A DNA stretch of 64,000 bases, from the NCBI RefSeq assembly GCF_009914755.1, contig NC_060933.1, one strand, 5' to 3'. Positions within the stretch are counted from its first letter, which is position 1; the number at the start of each line of letters is the position of its first letter. Positions 28,541-46,058 of this stretch are shown here, piece after piece. The position numbers and the translations under genes are program-made. Source of the DNA: the human T2T-CHM13v2.0 reference genome, Homo sapiens. A model generated the notes under the pieces. The model was not told the origin of the DNA. It worked only from the letters and a program-made list of their open reading frames with translations, and did no database searches.

Positions 28541-29730
28541 ATTCACAGATAAAGGCCTGTATCTGTCCTCAATTTCTTCCCAATCTTCCTCCTCCTCCAC
28601 ACCCTTAACTCAATCAGTTGGAAATCCTGTAGTCATTGCCACCACCATCTCTCATCCAGACTACCTATAATAGCTTCCTAAATGGCCTTCCTATTTCTAC
28701 TCTTGTTACCTCCCAATCTATTCCTTACAAAGCATCCAGAATAATTTATATATTTTTTAAATCCATTGTTTCACCCCTCAGCCTACAATCCCTCCCATGG
28801 TCTCCTATTGTGCCTTAAATGAAATCCAATCTCATTACCAAAGCCCTGAGCCATCAGACCTCCTGACCATTTTTCTCCAATCTTAATCACTTTTGACTCA
28901 CCCAGTCCACCACCCTCCAGCCCTGCTGGCCTCCCTTCCGTTCACCACACAGTTATTTCCTGCCTTTTATCCTTCATACGTGCTGATACCAGCTACCCAT
29001 ATCCAACTGATTCCTTCTCATCCTTCAGGTCTTTACTTAAATGTACAAGACCAAGATTCCAAGACTGCAGGCACCATCTTTTTTTTTTTTTCTATATAGT
29101 GCTTATCCAATTTGCAATTGTGTATTCATCCATTATTTTACTCTCCTGCTGGACGGTAAGCCCCTTAATGGCAAGCATAGTATCTCTTCTGATCACCAGT
29201 AAATGCCCAGTGTTTAGCATGATGCCTGACAAACAGAAGAAATTCTACAAATATTAAAATTTAGAGCCTTGCGTGGTCTGGTCTCTGACAACTTCTCCCA
29301 ACTCTCTAACCCCACACACTGGTTCTCATCATATCTTTAAAAAAGCTTATGGGATACCCAATGAGCACGATTCCTTGACACATGTTTCTCCTTCTGCCTG
29401 GGATGCTCTTTCTCCCCTTGTTTAAACTGGCAGATTTCTTCTCACTCTTTCAGTCAAACTCTAGTGTCTTTCTACCCCTACACACACACATATAACACAC
29501 ACACACACTACACACACCCTCATGGTTCAGAGTAGACTTGATTAATTCCTCTTCTCTAGGCTCACTACACTTCTGATAAAATATTATCATACTAAATTGC
29601 TAAAAAATCTGTCCTCCTATCAATCTCCTTTAATAGACTAACTAAGCTCACTGAGGGTAAGGACAACTTCTAATTCATATTTCAGTCCCCCAAACCTAGG
29701 GAAATCTATGGTAAATAGATACGTGACTCA

Positions 29731-30068
<338 letters not shown>

Positions 30069-30659
30069 TTAGGTTTTTGCCACAGAAAGTAACCAAATTC
30101 CTTTTTTTCCCCTCATAAAGTAATCAGCTCATCATTTATATTTCAAAGCAGAGCATGCCTTTAACCTATAGGGTATTTATCATGTCTCATCACTCAAAGA
30201 TTTATTATTGTTTACTAGTGATTATTAAAATTTATGAATTAAACTAAATATGGATGTAATCCAATTAAGACATAGCTAAATGAACTTGAATAGGACCTAT
30301 TGAAAAGAACAGGCCTGAAATCATGTGGATGAGTATCTTCTCTGAAATATCTACATTTTTATATTAATATAATATCTCAAAGCACATTTAATTAGTACTT
30401 ATCACCATCCCCTAAACAATAAGATAATAATATATTCAATACTGTGTTGGGCACTGTTTAATCTGTTTGGCTTATATGTATATTATTTTAAAAAGGAAGT
30501 AAATCCCATAAAAGTCTACAGGTTATACAATCCACAGATGAAGAGCTGGATGCAATGATTATGAAGTACACAGAGCTTGATGGAAAGAGAATCATTTCTG
30601 TCTTCCAATGGCTAATTTGAAACTGGTGATACTCAAAGACTTGTGTTTAAACATGACTA

Positions 30660-31020
30660 TGCACAATGGACTAAATGTTTGTATCTCCCTAAATTCATAT
30701 GCTGAAGCTCTAATACTCAATGTGATGGTATTAGAAGGTGAGCCTTTGAGAGGTAATTAGGTCATGAGGGTGGATCCCTTGTGAACAGGAATAGTGCTCT
30801 TATAAGAAGAAACATCACAGAAATGACTTCTCACTGCCATGTGAGGACAAAGCAAGAAGGCACCTGTCTGTGAACCAGGAAAAAGACCCCAAACAGGAAC
30901 CAAATCACCTGACACCTTGATCTTGGACTTCTGGCCTCCAGAACTGTGAGAAATAATGTTTGTTGTTTAAGCCACCCTATCTAGGATATTTTGTTGCAGT
31001 AGCTCAAAGAGACTAAGATG
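30660..31020 (+). mobile_element. MLT1A-like MaLR solo LTR
   Basis: ATGGACTAAATGTTTGT...AATGTGATGGTATTAGAAGGTG...GACTAAGA. Confidence 0.8.
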
Positions 31021-31549
31021 TTATGCTTGTTAGTAGTACTCTAAGGCAGGCAGAACCCCAAATTATGAGTTGCTGCTGAATTGATACCAGGTTCTGTAGC
31101 AGTTGAAGAACTAGTTATCAAAAAGTGAGAAGGTAACTGAGAGTACTATTATCTACGCATCTCTAAAAAACATATATAATAAATTGTTAAGTCCATGTTT
31201 TTTCTGGATTCATTATAAAGCTTTAACTTTGCAACAGAATAACATTAAATACTCCCTATAAAATTTGTGAAATTCTCCTCTCCATGTAAACTCAGACAAT
31301 TCAAGCCATGGCAGATTTGTTATTATTTTAAAATAACTTAGGGTGCGTTCATCTTCACAGCATATGTGGACAACAGTGTTCCATAAAATGCAGTACTTGA
31401 AAAAGAAACACATATTCTTGGAAATACTCTATCACACTGTGCCAGCAATGCCATCTATCATATGCATCCATTTTAAATTTACTGTTGAGAGCTTTCCAAA
31501 TTAAATAGATAATCACTACTAATGTTTCCTTAATTGTCCATGTAAATTA

Positions 31550-31950
31550 TTTTATTTTTATAATTGAAGTATAGCTTATATAAGTGAATTGCCCGGGTTT
31601 TAGGTGCAGCTGGATGACATTTAACAAATGTTATGTCTACATAACCCACATCCTTATCAAGATATACAACATTTCCATCACCCCAGAAAGCTTGTTCATG
31701 TCCTTATCCAGTCATCCTCCTCTTCCCTCACTCCCAGCTCCCTTCCATCCTATGCCAAGGCAATCACTGTCATGATTTTTGTCACTATAGATTAGTTTTA
31801 CCTAAAAAATCACAGAGGGAATCATACAGTTTGTACCCTTTTGTTTCTGGCTTCTTTCACACAATATACTGTTCTCGAGATTTATCATTTTGTGCATACA
31901 TCAGTTCATTACTTTTGTATTGGTGAGTAGCTCTGCATTGTGCATTTAAA
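31550..31950 (-). mobile_element. Old L1M 3' end
   Basis: ATCAAGATATACAACATTTCCATCACCCCAGAAAG...GGAATCATACAGT. Confidence 0.75.
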
Positions 31951-32199
31951 ACGTGACTTTTTTGGAAGGTTATTATAATCCTATGGAAATCTTTATCATA
32001 ACACACATCACACTGGGTTAGAATTTCTTGGTGAACTGGACTTTTCCCCCTGACTTGCACACAGGTTGTTGTCCAGCACTTGACAGAGCATCAACTACCT
32101 CCTGGGAGCTCGGTTACTAGGAAGATAGTACACATTAATGCATCATCCTCTAGAGATATATTTTGACAGCACAGAACAATGAAACAACCATAGAATCAG

Positions 32200-32720
32200 C
32201 TGACTGGGGACAAACAGCTCAGTCTACCACTAATAACCATAATCTTCAGCAGGTCATTTACCCTTCCTGACCTTCACTTTTATAATCTGTAAAATGGAAA
32301 TAACAATAACATATCAGAAAACTAGTATGAAGATTAAATGCTATTACTTGTATGAAACCTCTTCATTAACTATATAATTCTATAAAACATTATTATAATG
32401 TAGCTGAGACAACAGACCTTTCAGAAAATATTTACTGGGTAATACCAGTAAACAAAATTTGAAGATTAAATACCAAAGTTTGAATCTGAGTCTTTACTGT
32501 GTTGGAATCAGGCATTGTTCTAGTCTCCTTACATTTATTAACTCTTTTAATGTTTTAAGCATCACTATAGCATAGGTACTGTTATTATGTTCATTTTACA
32601 GATGAGAAAATGAGGCAAAGCACATAAAATGACCTGCTCAAGGTCTCACAGCTTACAAGGGGAGAGCCTGAGGTATTAACTCAAGCACTTGGGTTCCACA
32701 GTCCAAACTCTTAAGTGTTT
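32200..32720. mobile_element. Two MIRs in opposite orientation (about 32200-32400 +, about 32480-32720 -)
   Basis: Cores ATCTGTAAAATGGAAATAACAAT and CATTTTACAGATGAGAAAATGAGGC. Confidence 0.7.
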
Positions 32721-33855
32721 TGTTTTACCCCTTTTCTACAGCTTGCTTAGTATAAATTTGCAAAGATTATTTTGAACTCTAGCACTTGAGGGAAAATAAT
32801 CAAAGGATTAAAAGATATGAGATAAATTTTATAGAAATTGTAAGACTTCTGGGCACTCTCAAAAGTCCACAAGAAACAAAAAATCTTGATATTAAGAAAC
32901 AAGAGGGTAAACAAGAAAGGAAAGTGGAGAATGGGCTTCAGTCATCGAATCATGGACAGATGAGAGGTTTCAAGCACAATTAAGTGCTCTGTGACCAAAC
33001 AGAAAAGTGAGGACCATGATCATCTCAAAACTCCTTCAACTCCCCCCAGTGAGGAGTGTGCAGCGACACAGTGTCCACCCTATCATGAGGGGGCATGTTC
33101 CTCCCAGTCAATACCCAGCAAAGGGGAAGCAGACACTACTTCGCTGAAAGGAAGACTTTTTAAAAAGAGAAAACAAGTGCAAATGGTCATTCGCACGCAA
33201 GGATATTCACAATCAAATCCGTAATTTGGGGAAAGGGCATACGTGATGGTGAAATCATTGCTTAAAGAAATCCCAAAACCCTACTAGAGTGTAAACTGTT
33301 GCCTCATTTTTCTAACAATTCTCTTCAATTGATTAATTATTAGTGAAACCATTATAAGGCTTAATCAGCAAGTGATATATCAGCATTTAGTATGAAGTTT
33401 ATATTTTTAATAACAAATATGCTTTAGAATACTCAAGGACTAGTTTTTCTGAGGAATTTTGATGATCCAGCTTCACCTAAGATAGGCACTTAGAAAATCT
33501 GTGGACTTAGAAGGGACATTTGGCATCACTGAATCCAGCTCCTACACTTCGCAGACAAGATGACTGAGACTCAGGAAAAGGGTTTTGTTTTTCTGATACT
33601 TGACAGTAAGAGGGAGGGTTGCGGAATGGTTTTTATTAAAGACTCCCCTCCAAAACTGTCATGAATTCATTCCTGCACTTGTTTCAGACATTCTCTTTTC
33701 TGATGATTATCTTTGTTAGGTCTACCTCTTGAATCCTAGGAGAATGTCAAGAAATGTTTAAAGGTGAGTTGGTTAAAAATTTAAAACAATCTCGCTTACT
33801 CTGTATCAAAATACACTTGGCTTGCTTCCATTACACCATTATGAAACTGCATTAG

Positions 33856-33955
33856 GAGACCGGACTACACATTATACAGTCTACATACAATTAAATACAT
33901 TATATAACATGCTCAGAGACCAGACTACACATTATACAGTCTACATACAATTAAA
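33856..33955. repeat. 40-bp direct repeat with 60-bp period
   Basis: GAGACC(G/A)GACTACACATTATACAGTCTACATACAATTAAA at 33856-33895 and 33916-33955. Confidence 0.95.
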
Positions 33956-34542
33956 AAGCAAATCCCAATCCAATTCAATAAAACCAGTCATTTCAAATAG
34001 AAAGAGAAACAACTGGGTGAGCAATATTAAAGCTTGTTAAACTTTCCTACAAATGTATAATAAACCCTTTAAAATGTAATGTCCTGAATGAAACATATCA
34101 TCTTCAAATATTAAAAAAGAACTCACATACAATCTGTCTCTTTCAGCCACAGTTAGAATGAATTTTATCATTCTGAAAATTCTCTGCTATTGGTTTCAAC
34201 ACTGTATCACTTTTGTGAGTCAACTACATTGTAAACACTGCAAAACCTCAGAGAAAGTTTCACAAAACAAAGACGATTTACATATACTAATTTGACAAAA
34301 ACTGCTTCCAAATCACAACGTTTTATGAAGTCCATATTCTATTTCTCCTTTAGTGCTTTTTTTGACAGTTGGAAATGGGTACAAGTTGTAATTTACTTGT
34401 ATCCATTTCCTACTTTAGTAGTGTCCAGGAAAATTATTTGAACAGCATGACAGATAAAAGGCAACAATGAGAAGTGTTTGCAACCTTCTGAGAGCTATAA
34501 TGTGCACTGAATGCAAACAGTAGCCGGTGATTTAAATATGTA

Positions 34543-34550
<8 letters not shown>

Positions 34551-34579
<29 letters not shown>
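34551..34579. repeat. (TG)n microsatellite
   Basis: Directly visible. Confidence 0.95.
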
Positions 34580-34582
<3 letters not shown>

Positions 34583-36125
34583 ATCTATACATATGTCTGA
34601 TGACTACCAAGACAGTACCTAAATATATTTAAGAATCCTGCAATAAAAACGTTATGCCAAATGGTGTGCATTGATCCAGTAATCCCCAAAGCTCCTGGTC
34701 TCAACCTTTAATTTATCCTAACAGATAACTGCTTTGAGAAAAACAATGAAGAAAACAGTGAAGACTGACAGTGGGTAACAGTGTATTTTTGTAATCATGA
34801 AAGCAGAAAAACAAAAAGATGTCAAATGTAAAGCAAGGGGCAGCTAAAATCATCTTTTTTTTTTTTTTTTTTTTGTCAAATAACACTTCACAATGTGAAA
34901 ATTATGGGGAAAATAGGCAATGAATTACAAGTAAGAGAAAAAGTCAATTATGGCAATTACCAAAACAGCCACACAACATTTCAGACATGCCCAACTGAAC
35001 GAGGTCACAATATACTTCAAGTTATGAGAAAGAGAAAATTAACCAGTGTTTGCACCCACTATGTGTGTTTTGTTAACAAAGTGATTTTGATTAAGTTTGT
35101 GGTCACACTGCAGGATCACAAGACTTCACAAAGAGGATTATTTTAAATGTGAAATCTTTCAACTGTAAAACTAATCATTTCTGAAGGAGGCTGGATATTC
35201 AATATTTCTCTAAATTGGAGTTCTCTCTCTCTCTCTCTCTGGCTCTTGCTCTCTCTGTATTTCTCTTTTTCAGATTGCATGAGGCTTCATTTTTTCATAA
35301 ACGCATACCCCCAAAGAACAAAAAATAATATCTGAAATGAAAACAAATGCAACCTTTCACTTCATGTTAGTTGTCTCATAAATTTAATATCTACTCTTCA
35401 TTACCTAGAAAGCTGTAACATGAAAGACATTTTCTTTCCTATTCTTACTTTGCAGATGAAAAAAAAATCAGCAATACAACTGACTTGATATCTTCTGTGT
35501 GCGACCCAGAAATCTTAATAACAGCATTGGCACATCCAGTTCATACACAGGCCACAGCAACAGTGCTTACAGAGAGAAAGAAAAAACATGAGCTTTAGAG
35601 GTTGAGCTGGGAAGTTTACAGCTTTTCTCTTCTGACTCATTGTATAGGAAGACCTTGCTAATGAAATAACCATATTGGACAGTATTCTACTACCCCTTAG
35701 TTCCCAAGAGGTTATTAGCATTGATTTGAGCATGTGACTTTTGAAACATCTTCAGGATGTTTGAGCACAGCTACTTTTGATAAGCCTGATATATAAAAAG
35801 TAACAGGCAGAGAAATGAGAAAGAATAGAGTCCAGTAAGTAGAGATATGTATTTTAAATGGTAACATTTAATTATCTAAGTTTATTCATCGCTTTAGTAG
35901 ATGTTACATATATATTCTAATTAGCCTCTAGATTTCAAAGCAAATATTCAGGCTGTAACATAATTTCCAATTTTCTTTTTTTCATTTTTTTTTCTCACTT
36001 GTTAGGGCTGGATCTATGTATGACCTGGTCCATTTTTCATATTGAAAAAAATTAAAACTCTACTCAGTGAATGATGCAATCTTAATAACAGGCACCATTC
36101 ACAACATTATAAAGTTGAATGAAAA

Positions 36126-36147
36126 CTCTCTCCTCTCTCTCTCTCTC

Positions 36148-36192
<45 letters not shown>
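36126..36192. repeat. Compound (TC)n(TA)n(CA)n microsatellite
   Basis: Directly visible. Confidence 0.95.
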
Positions 36193-36194
<2 letters not shown>

Positions 36195-37974
36195 TTCTAT
36201 ATATATTATATATATGTATGATTTAATAACTGTTAAAATTTAGGCTTTGAAAAACAACTGTATTTCCAGACTGGTTGCTTGGTTTCCACCTCTCTTTAAA
36301 GAAAAATGACAGCTATATACTGTACCATTTACAAAAATTAACCAACTTATGGATAAATGTATTAAAAACACCGGGCATTTTAAGAAGTTACTTCAGATTT
36401 TTAAAAATTCACCTAACAGGTAGACATTTAGTAGAATTCTAAATTTTTATAATTTCTCACATAATTACACAAACCGTTCAGAAAGCACAATAATGCCTAG
36501 TCTTTTTCACTCTCATTTCCAGAAGGAATCCTGGTAGAAATATAATGAATTTCTTCCCTTCATAGTCACCTACTTTCATTTATTTACTATTACACTAGAA
36601 TGATTCACAGTAGTTGAATTCAATAGTTCAAGGGAAAAAGCCTGTTTTTTTCCATGATATTAAATAATTATAACAGACAAGGAAGCTTTCTTACGTAGAT
36701 TTATTTTTAGATAGATTTTTAAAACCTAGGTATTAAAAACTGGTTTTATTTTGAAAATTTTCATATATCATATGAAGTGTAAAAATCTGATGATTCACAT
36801 GATAGTGTTTCTTTTTTATAGATAAAATGTTTTAAAAATTCAGCACCTATACAAAAATAGTCTCTTTTATAACCTGCCTGTTTTTGTTTACTTCATAAAA
36901 AATGTTATTAACAACTACTTGTTCACACATTTAATTCCCAAAACTGTTCTATAAAGGGAGGAATTACGGCAAAGGTATTAATACTGACAGCATTAATACT
37001 AATAAAAATTGATTTTTTGACTATCCCATGTGTCAGGCATACTAGTCTTTAAAAGCATTATATCATTTAATGTTCACAGCAATAGTATGAGGTAGGTAGG
37101 TACTCATATTGTTCCTATTTCAGAGACAAAGAAAGTGAGGATCAAGGAGACCACACATCAGGAATTTAAAAAACTGTTTGACCCACAGACCAAAACAATG
37201 AGCTGGAACATGTAAAGACAATGATTTGTAACAAACACCCCAATGGGTTCTCCCTCTGTGGCTCTGGGCAAAATATATAAACTTGCCATTTCCCAGACTT
37301 TTCCTATATACAGTCAGAGCAGAAAAGCAAGTGAAAAAGAGCTTTACGCAGGCAGCTTAGTGAGTAACTCCTGGGGTTATTCAGAGCAAATAATAACTCA
37401 CAGCATGGCTGGTGCTTTTGCCTAAAGAGGTTGGCATGACTGAACTGAGGAATCTAACTGCATGAAAAGAGTACCCACCATCTGGGTCAGGCAAGGACCC
37501 CAGGATAAAGTCAGTAATCAGTAAAGACAGTGGCATGGATTCAACTGGGCCCCATGCATCAGAATCAGAGAGTCAGCAAAGCAAAGCATGGGGTGGACGA
37601 AGAAACGAAATGACCCCAGCTCCTGGCATAGCTAGACATCACCTGAGTTTATGGGTACCAGCTATAGTCAAGATGAGACCAAAGATCACAGATGGATCTG
37701 GCTCTGCATTTCAGGTGCGTGGGCACAGAGAATGGGATATGTCTAGAATGGTAGTCTCTACAAACACAGCTGAGGAGAAAATTTGCTTTTCAAAAGAGTT
37801 GAATAACGCACCCAAGCACCAAGCACCAAGGTCTCTGCTAAACTCTTCTTGCCCAGAGAGTCGGCTTCTTAGAGTCTCCCTTGACCACATTAATTAAAGC
37901 AACAGTGATTCAACCTCACCGCATACACTGATAGACTGATTTCCTTACAGCCCTTTGCCCTGACAAGTTTTACT

Positions 37975-38285
37975 TTTGTTTTGTTGTTGTTGCTGTTGAG
38001 ACAGGTCTCACTCTGTCACTCAAGCTGGAGTGCAGTGGCACAATCATGGTTCACTGCAGCCTCAACCTCCCAGGCTCAAGTGATCCTCCCACCTCAGCCT
38101 CCTGAGTAGCTGGAACCACAGGTGTGTGTCACACATCCAGCTAATTTATTTTTACTTTTATTTTTTGTAGAGACGAGGGTCTCTCTATGCTGCCCAGGCT
38201 GGTCTTGAACTCCTGGGCTCAAGTGATCCTCCCTCCTCAGACTCCCAAAGTGCTGGGACCATAGGCATGAGCCACTTCACCTGGC
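37975..38285 (-). mobile_element. AluJ within an L2 relic
   Basis: Reverse-complement dimer; an L2 tail follows at about 38360-38480. Confidence 0.9.
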
Positions 38286-39014
38286 AATTTTATTCTTCAT
38301 AATACTCACCATTATGGATTCATTTTACATATTATTATATATCTCTTTAACAACACTCTCCCATTAGAATGGAAGCTTCCTAAGGAAGTAACTTTATATT
38401 TGGATGGCCTGCTGCATCCTCAGTGCCTGGATCCACGTCTGTAACACAGTAGGAACTTCATAAATATTGGTTTAATTAATGCATACATATATACCGGTTT
38501 AATTAATGCATAAATTTCAGAGCAACATCGTCCGAATGCCACTTTTTATGTCCTAGAGTTTTGCGTTTTATGTGCTGCTGTATGCTCTATTATACAAATA
38601 AAGAGGTGGCTAAATTGGAAAATAATAATATAATATAACCAAAGTTAGTGACCTTGAAACTTGTGAATTAATTCAGGCGTAAATACTGCTCAAAATGTAA
38701 AATTTGAGTGTTTTGATAGTCTAAGAGAACATTGACAAAGCAAACTACAAGATATGCTCTATTTCACAAAGAAAGAGAGCCCTTGGCACATCTCTAAAAT
38801 ACCAGAGATACTGGTTAATCACTGAAAAACAATACTCTTCTTGGATTGTTTTCTCCTGCCTAAAAATAAAAAAGTTTTTAACATTAGGACATCTACTCGA
38901 CAACTGATTATATTCTAAGTATACCAACAAAATCCATCCTAACAAAAAATAGTGGGGTTAATTTTAAAACTCTGACCTTTGATACACATTTTTTAAAGTA
39001 ATTTTAGGTCTTAA

Positions 39015-39758
<744 letters not shown>

Positions 39759-39939
39759 CAAGAACTTATTTTAAAAACAAGAGATAGCAAAGATACAGGA
39801 AACATGAGGCATATAAAGATTGTTTTTCCTCCAGCTAGAAAATAAATTGAGACAAGATTTTGGAATTACAAAAACTAAATTTTAATTAAAGTCAAAATAG
39901 GCATTCTCACATCAGAAGACTAATCTCCTTTTCTCTTCC

Positions 39940-40247
39940 TTTTTTTGTTTTGTTTTGTTTTGTTTTGAGAAGAGGTCTCACTCTGTTGCCCAGACTGGAG
40001 TACAGTAGCACAATCGTGGTGAGCCTCAACTGCCCAAGCTCAAGTGATTCTTCCACCTTAGCCTCTCAAGTAGCTGGTATTACAGGTGCATACCACCATG
40101 CCTCGCTAAACTTTTATTTTTATTTTTTGTAAAGGTGAGATCTTGCTATGTTGCCCAGGCTGGTCTCAAACTTCTAGACTCAAGTGATTCTCCTGTCTCA
40201 GCCTCCCAAAGTGTTGGGATTACAAGTGTGAGCCACCGCAGCCAGCC
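39940..40247 (-). mobile_element. AluJ
   Basis: Reverse-complement dimer. Confidence 0.9.
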
Positions 40248-40399
40248 TGATATTCCCTTTAAAACAAAATGAAACTGTGCCATTTAAAACAAAGTGGTTT
40301 CCTTTGTTTGCCTGTTTTATAAGAGAAAAGAAGAGATTTCCCAGTATAATAAAAGTTGACTACAATTAAATTATATGTAATATGCCCACTTCTTAGAAC

Positions 40400-42545
<2,146 letters not shown>

Positions 42546-42630
42546 TTACGGTATAGAACGGTAACATCAGTATCCCTTTACAACAGTATTAGAGCAGTAC
42601 ACATTAGTAGAACTACCTTTGGTTTAAATT

Positions 42631-42981
42631 TGATATGGTTTGGCTATGTCCCCACCCAAATCTCATCTTGAATTCCACGTGTTGTAGGAGATACCTGGTG
42701 GGAGGTAATCGAATCATGAGGGCAGGTTTTTCCCATGCTGTTCTCGTGATAGCAAATAAATGTCACAAGATTTGATCGTTTTAAAAAGAAGAGTTCCCCT
42801 GCACAAACTCTCTTTGCCTGCTGCGATCCATGTAAGAAGTAGCTTGCTCCTCCTTGCCTTCTGCCATGATTGTGAGGCCTTCCCAACCACATGGAATTGC
42901 AAGTCTATTAAACCTTTTTCCTGTATAAATTACCCAGTTTGGGGTATGTCTTTATTAGCAGTGTGAAAGCGGACTAATACA
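42631..42981 (+). mobile_element. THE1 (THE1A-like) MaLR solo LTR
   Basis: TGATATGGTTTGGCT...GGACTAATACA termini; 5-bp flanks AAATT and ATATT. Confidence 0.9.
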
Positions 42982-44118
42982 ATATTTTCTTTCAAATGAC
43001 CCCATTGTTAATGCAAGCTATCTCTTCTTACTCCACCACCTGTTGAACATATTCAAATGGGATGATTTATATTTCTATGCCTTTCCGGTTTTTAATCAGA
43101 ATGTGAACTACCACTGGGGCTCAGTATGTAATTCGGTGGGCCTACAGTTACATAAATTTCAAACACCACATCTCTCTGAAAAAATATCATGCCCATTCTT
43201 AATTTTTTTTTTACACATAATTAAATGATTGAAAATGACTGATCGCCCTTTCAGTGGGACTTAGCAAGGTTTTGGCACCAATTCTATCAATTAACTACAA
43301 TACTGTACTGGCTCTGGTACTGCATCTTCTACAGTGCATGTAACGATATGTACAAGGGACTTCTATCAACAAAGGTCAGTGTCATGTGTGAATCACCGGG
43401 TTTCCTTAACTGAGAGTCCCCAGTCTCTTTTCCTATAATGACAATTTCAAGTTCTGTGTTATGACCTGGAGTGCTGTAAGGCATGGCTACAGAGTGGTGA
43501 GGATGAGAAGATGGACTATTAAATCTTTCTGGGGTAAAATGTGTGGCTGTTTCATTACAGCTCCTGCCCTATCATAATACTCCTGTGACCATCAAGATTT
43601 AGATCTGTAATTACAAGAAGGAACTTGATTTTCACCCTGATTACCAATGGAGCTGGTATACATAAGCACAATTAAAAAACCAAGACTTGAAAAATGAGTG
43701 TCTTCAACAGGTGAATGTTCCACGCTTTTGTGGATTAACAGGTTCAAAGTAAACCCTCTACTTTTCCACTTTGTTACAAGGTGCTGAAAATGTCACCAAG
43801 CATAGGCACTTCTGTCCTTGCAATCAATCACCTCTGGTAAGAAAATAAATGTTATAAACAAATAGAAACAAGCTTTATTTTTTTTAATTAAAAAATGTTG
43901 TGTGGGGGAAGAGTGGACACAGTTCATGATTCTGAGCAAACATGAGATTATTATGTGCCAAAATGCCCTGAGCATTGTATAAATACAATCCCCTACCCCA
44001 ACAGAGATCTTTTGTTAAAGCTATAAACACTGCTTAATACACAAATGTATTGTATTCTTAATCAACTGCCTTTAAAAACCCCTACCTTTCAGAAACCTGT
44101 TTTTGTTTATTTTGATTA

Positions 44119-44471
<353 letters not shown>

Positions 44472-45905
44472 CTATTGCTGCATACTTTCTGAAGTATTTT
44501 TTTAAACAAAAATAACTTCTTGTATAACAACGAGAATGAAAAAACAACAAAAAACAAAAACCTACCTAAAACAAAATGCAAAAAAAACTGCAATAAAAAA
44601 TACCAGAACCTGTGACGCTCCCTGTAGGAGGTGACAGAAATTTATAATGTGAAAGAAAAAGAGAAAGGCATTTGGAAACAATTTTCTCAAGTTCTGTGAC
44701 CAAATGAGAGACCAGGTAGGAGAAAGGGCGACTATGTTTTCAGATAAAAGGATTATGAGCAAAAGGATTATCAGCAACATATTTTTTTCTGTTTCTAAAT
44801 ATCTTATAATGAGATTATATTACTTTTATGGCTTTGAAATAGATGAATAAAAGTTAGGGTATACAAGGGTAACATCAGTATCCCTTTACAACTGTATTAG
44901 AGCAGTACATTAGTACATTAGTAGAACTACCTTTGGTTTGTATTTGATATGGCTGTTCCATTACATCTCTCTAGAAACCTTATACTTAACTCTCACCTAG
45001 TGGTAGGGAGACTGTGGAGAGGTAGGGGGTTAAAGTGTTAGGCTCAGTACTGTCTCTACTACTCTGTCTCTCATTCCCACCAAACTGTCAGGGGTGGAGT
45101 CTGGAAGTCACTCATCTGGCCCTAGATTTCTTTCAGTGACTTCTAGCAGGTTGTTCTGAGATGTGCTTGTCAGCATTAATTACATGTGACATTGGATTGG
45201 CCTGATCTGTGACAAAATTCAAACGCACTATAATAAAGCAAAAGAGCAGGAGGAAAGATGCCAAGGGGAGACTTTGACGGTGTTTCACATCCCCAGGATA
45301 CCCTTCACATCTCCCTCCTGCTCCGTCGGCCATCCTAACAAAGACACACTTGCTCTGCGCTGCACATGGAGCTTTAAGACAGATCTATCTGCTTTGGACA
45401 GCCCAGTCTACACCTGTTGACCCATTAAGAACATCCCCATTCACTCTCACAGCATCCTATTTAGATGTTAAATTACATAATCACCCTACTGAGCCCCCTC
45501 TTCCAACTATATTGCCACTCCTTAATTCCTCCCATACAGCTATGCAGTCACAATGGCTGAAGACAAAAATCACTTGGAAAGCAACAGAAAAGACTCCCTG
45601 GGAAATCTGAGAGGAAAGGTGGAACTGATAGTACTATATTTGTTCCTTTATTTGATTTCCATGGAAGTGTACTTCACATCGGGCTGGTACAAAATCAAAG
45701 AGTTTGTCTGTCATTAGGCAAAATGCACAGAATCTGTTATCAATTCACTTTCCTTGAGAAGGTATTTTTGAAACACAGTATCTTTCACTTACATCTTTCC
45801 TGCTAGAGTCAACGAGTATTCTAAGTACATAAATGCTGTACACCTTGATTTTATTACATCTGTAACCTTGAAAAGATCAAATGATGTTTCAGAATGATCT
45901 GGTAG

Positions 45906-46058
45906 ACTAGGGCTGTCTAATACAACTTAGTGCAACACGGGAAACGTTCTATGTCGGTGCTGGTTCTATATCATGGCCACTAGCTACATGTGGTTATTAA
46001 CCACTTCAAATGTAGCTAGCATGAATGTGGTTTTAATTACATTTAATTTTAATTAAGT
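45906..46058. mobile_element. MER3-like hAT-Charlie relic
   Basis: GGCCACTAGCTACATGTGGTTATTAACCACTTCAAATGTAGCTAG. Confidence 0.7.

Noticed and set aside
35449-35660. Possible minus-strand exon(s) around TCTCT-GTAAG
   Set aside because: The same motif can be read as a donor or an acceptor, the boundaries are ambiguous and the peptide is unrecognised.
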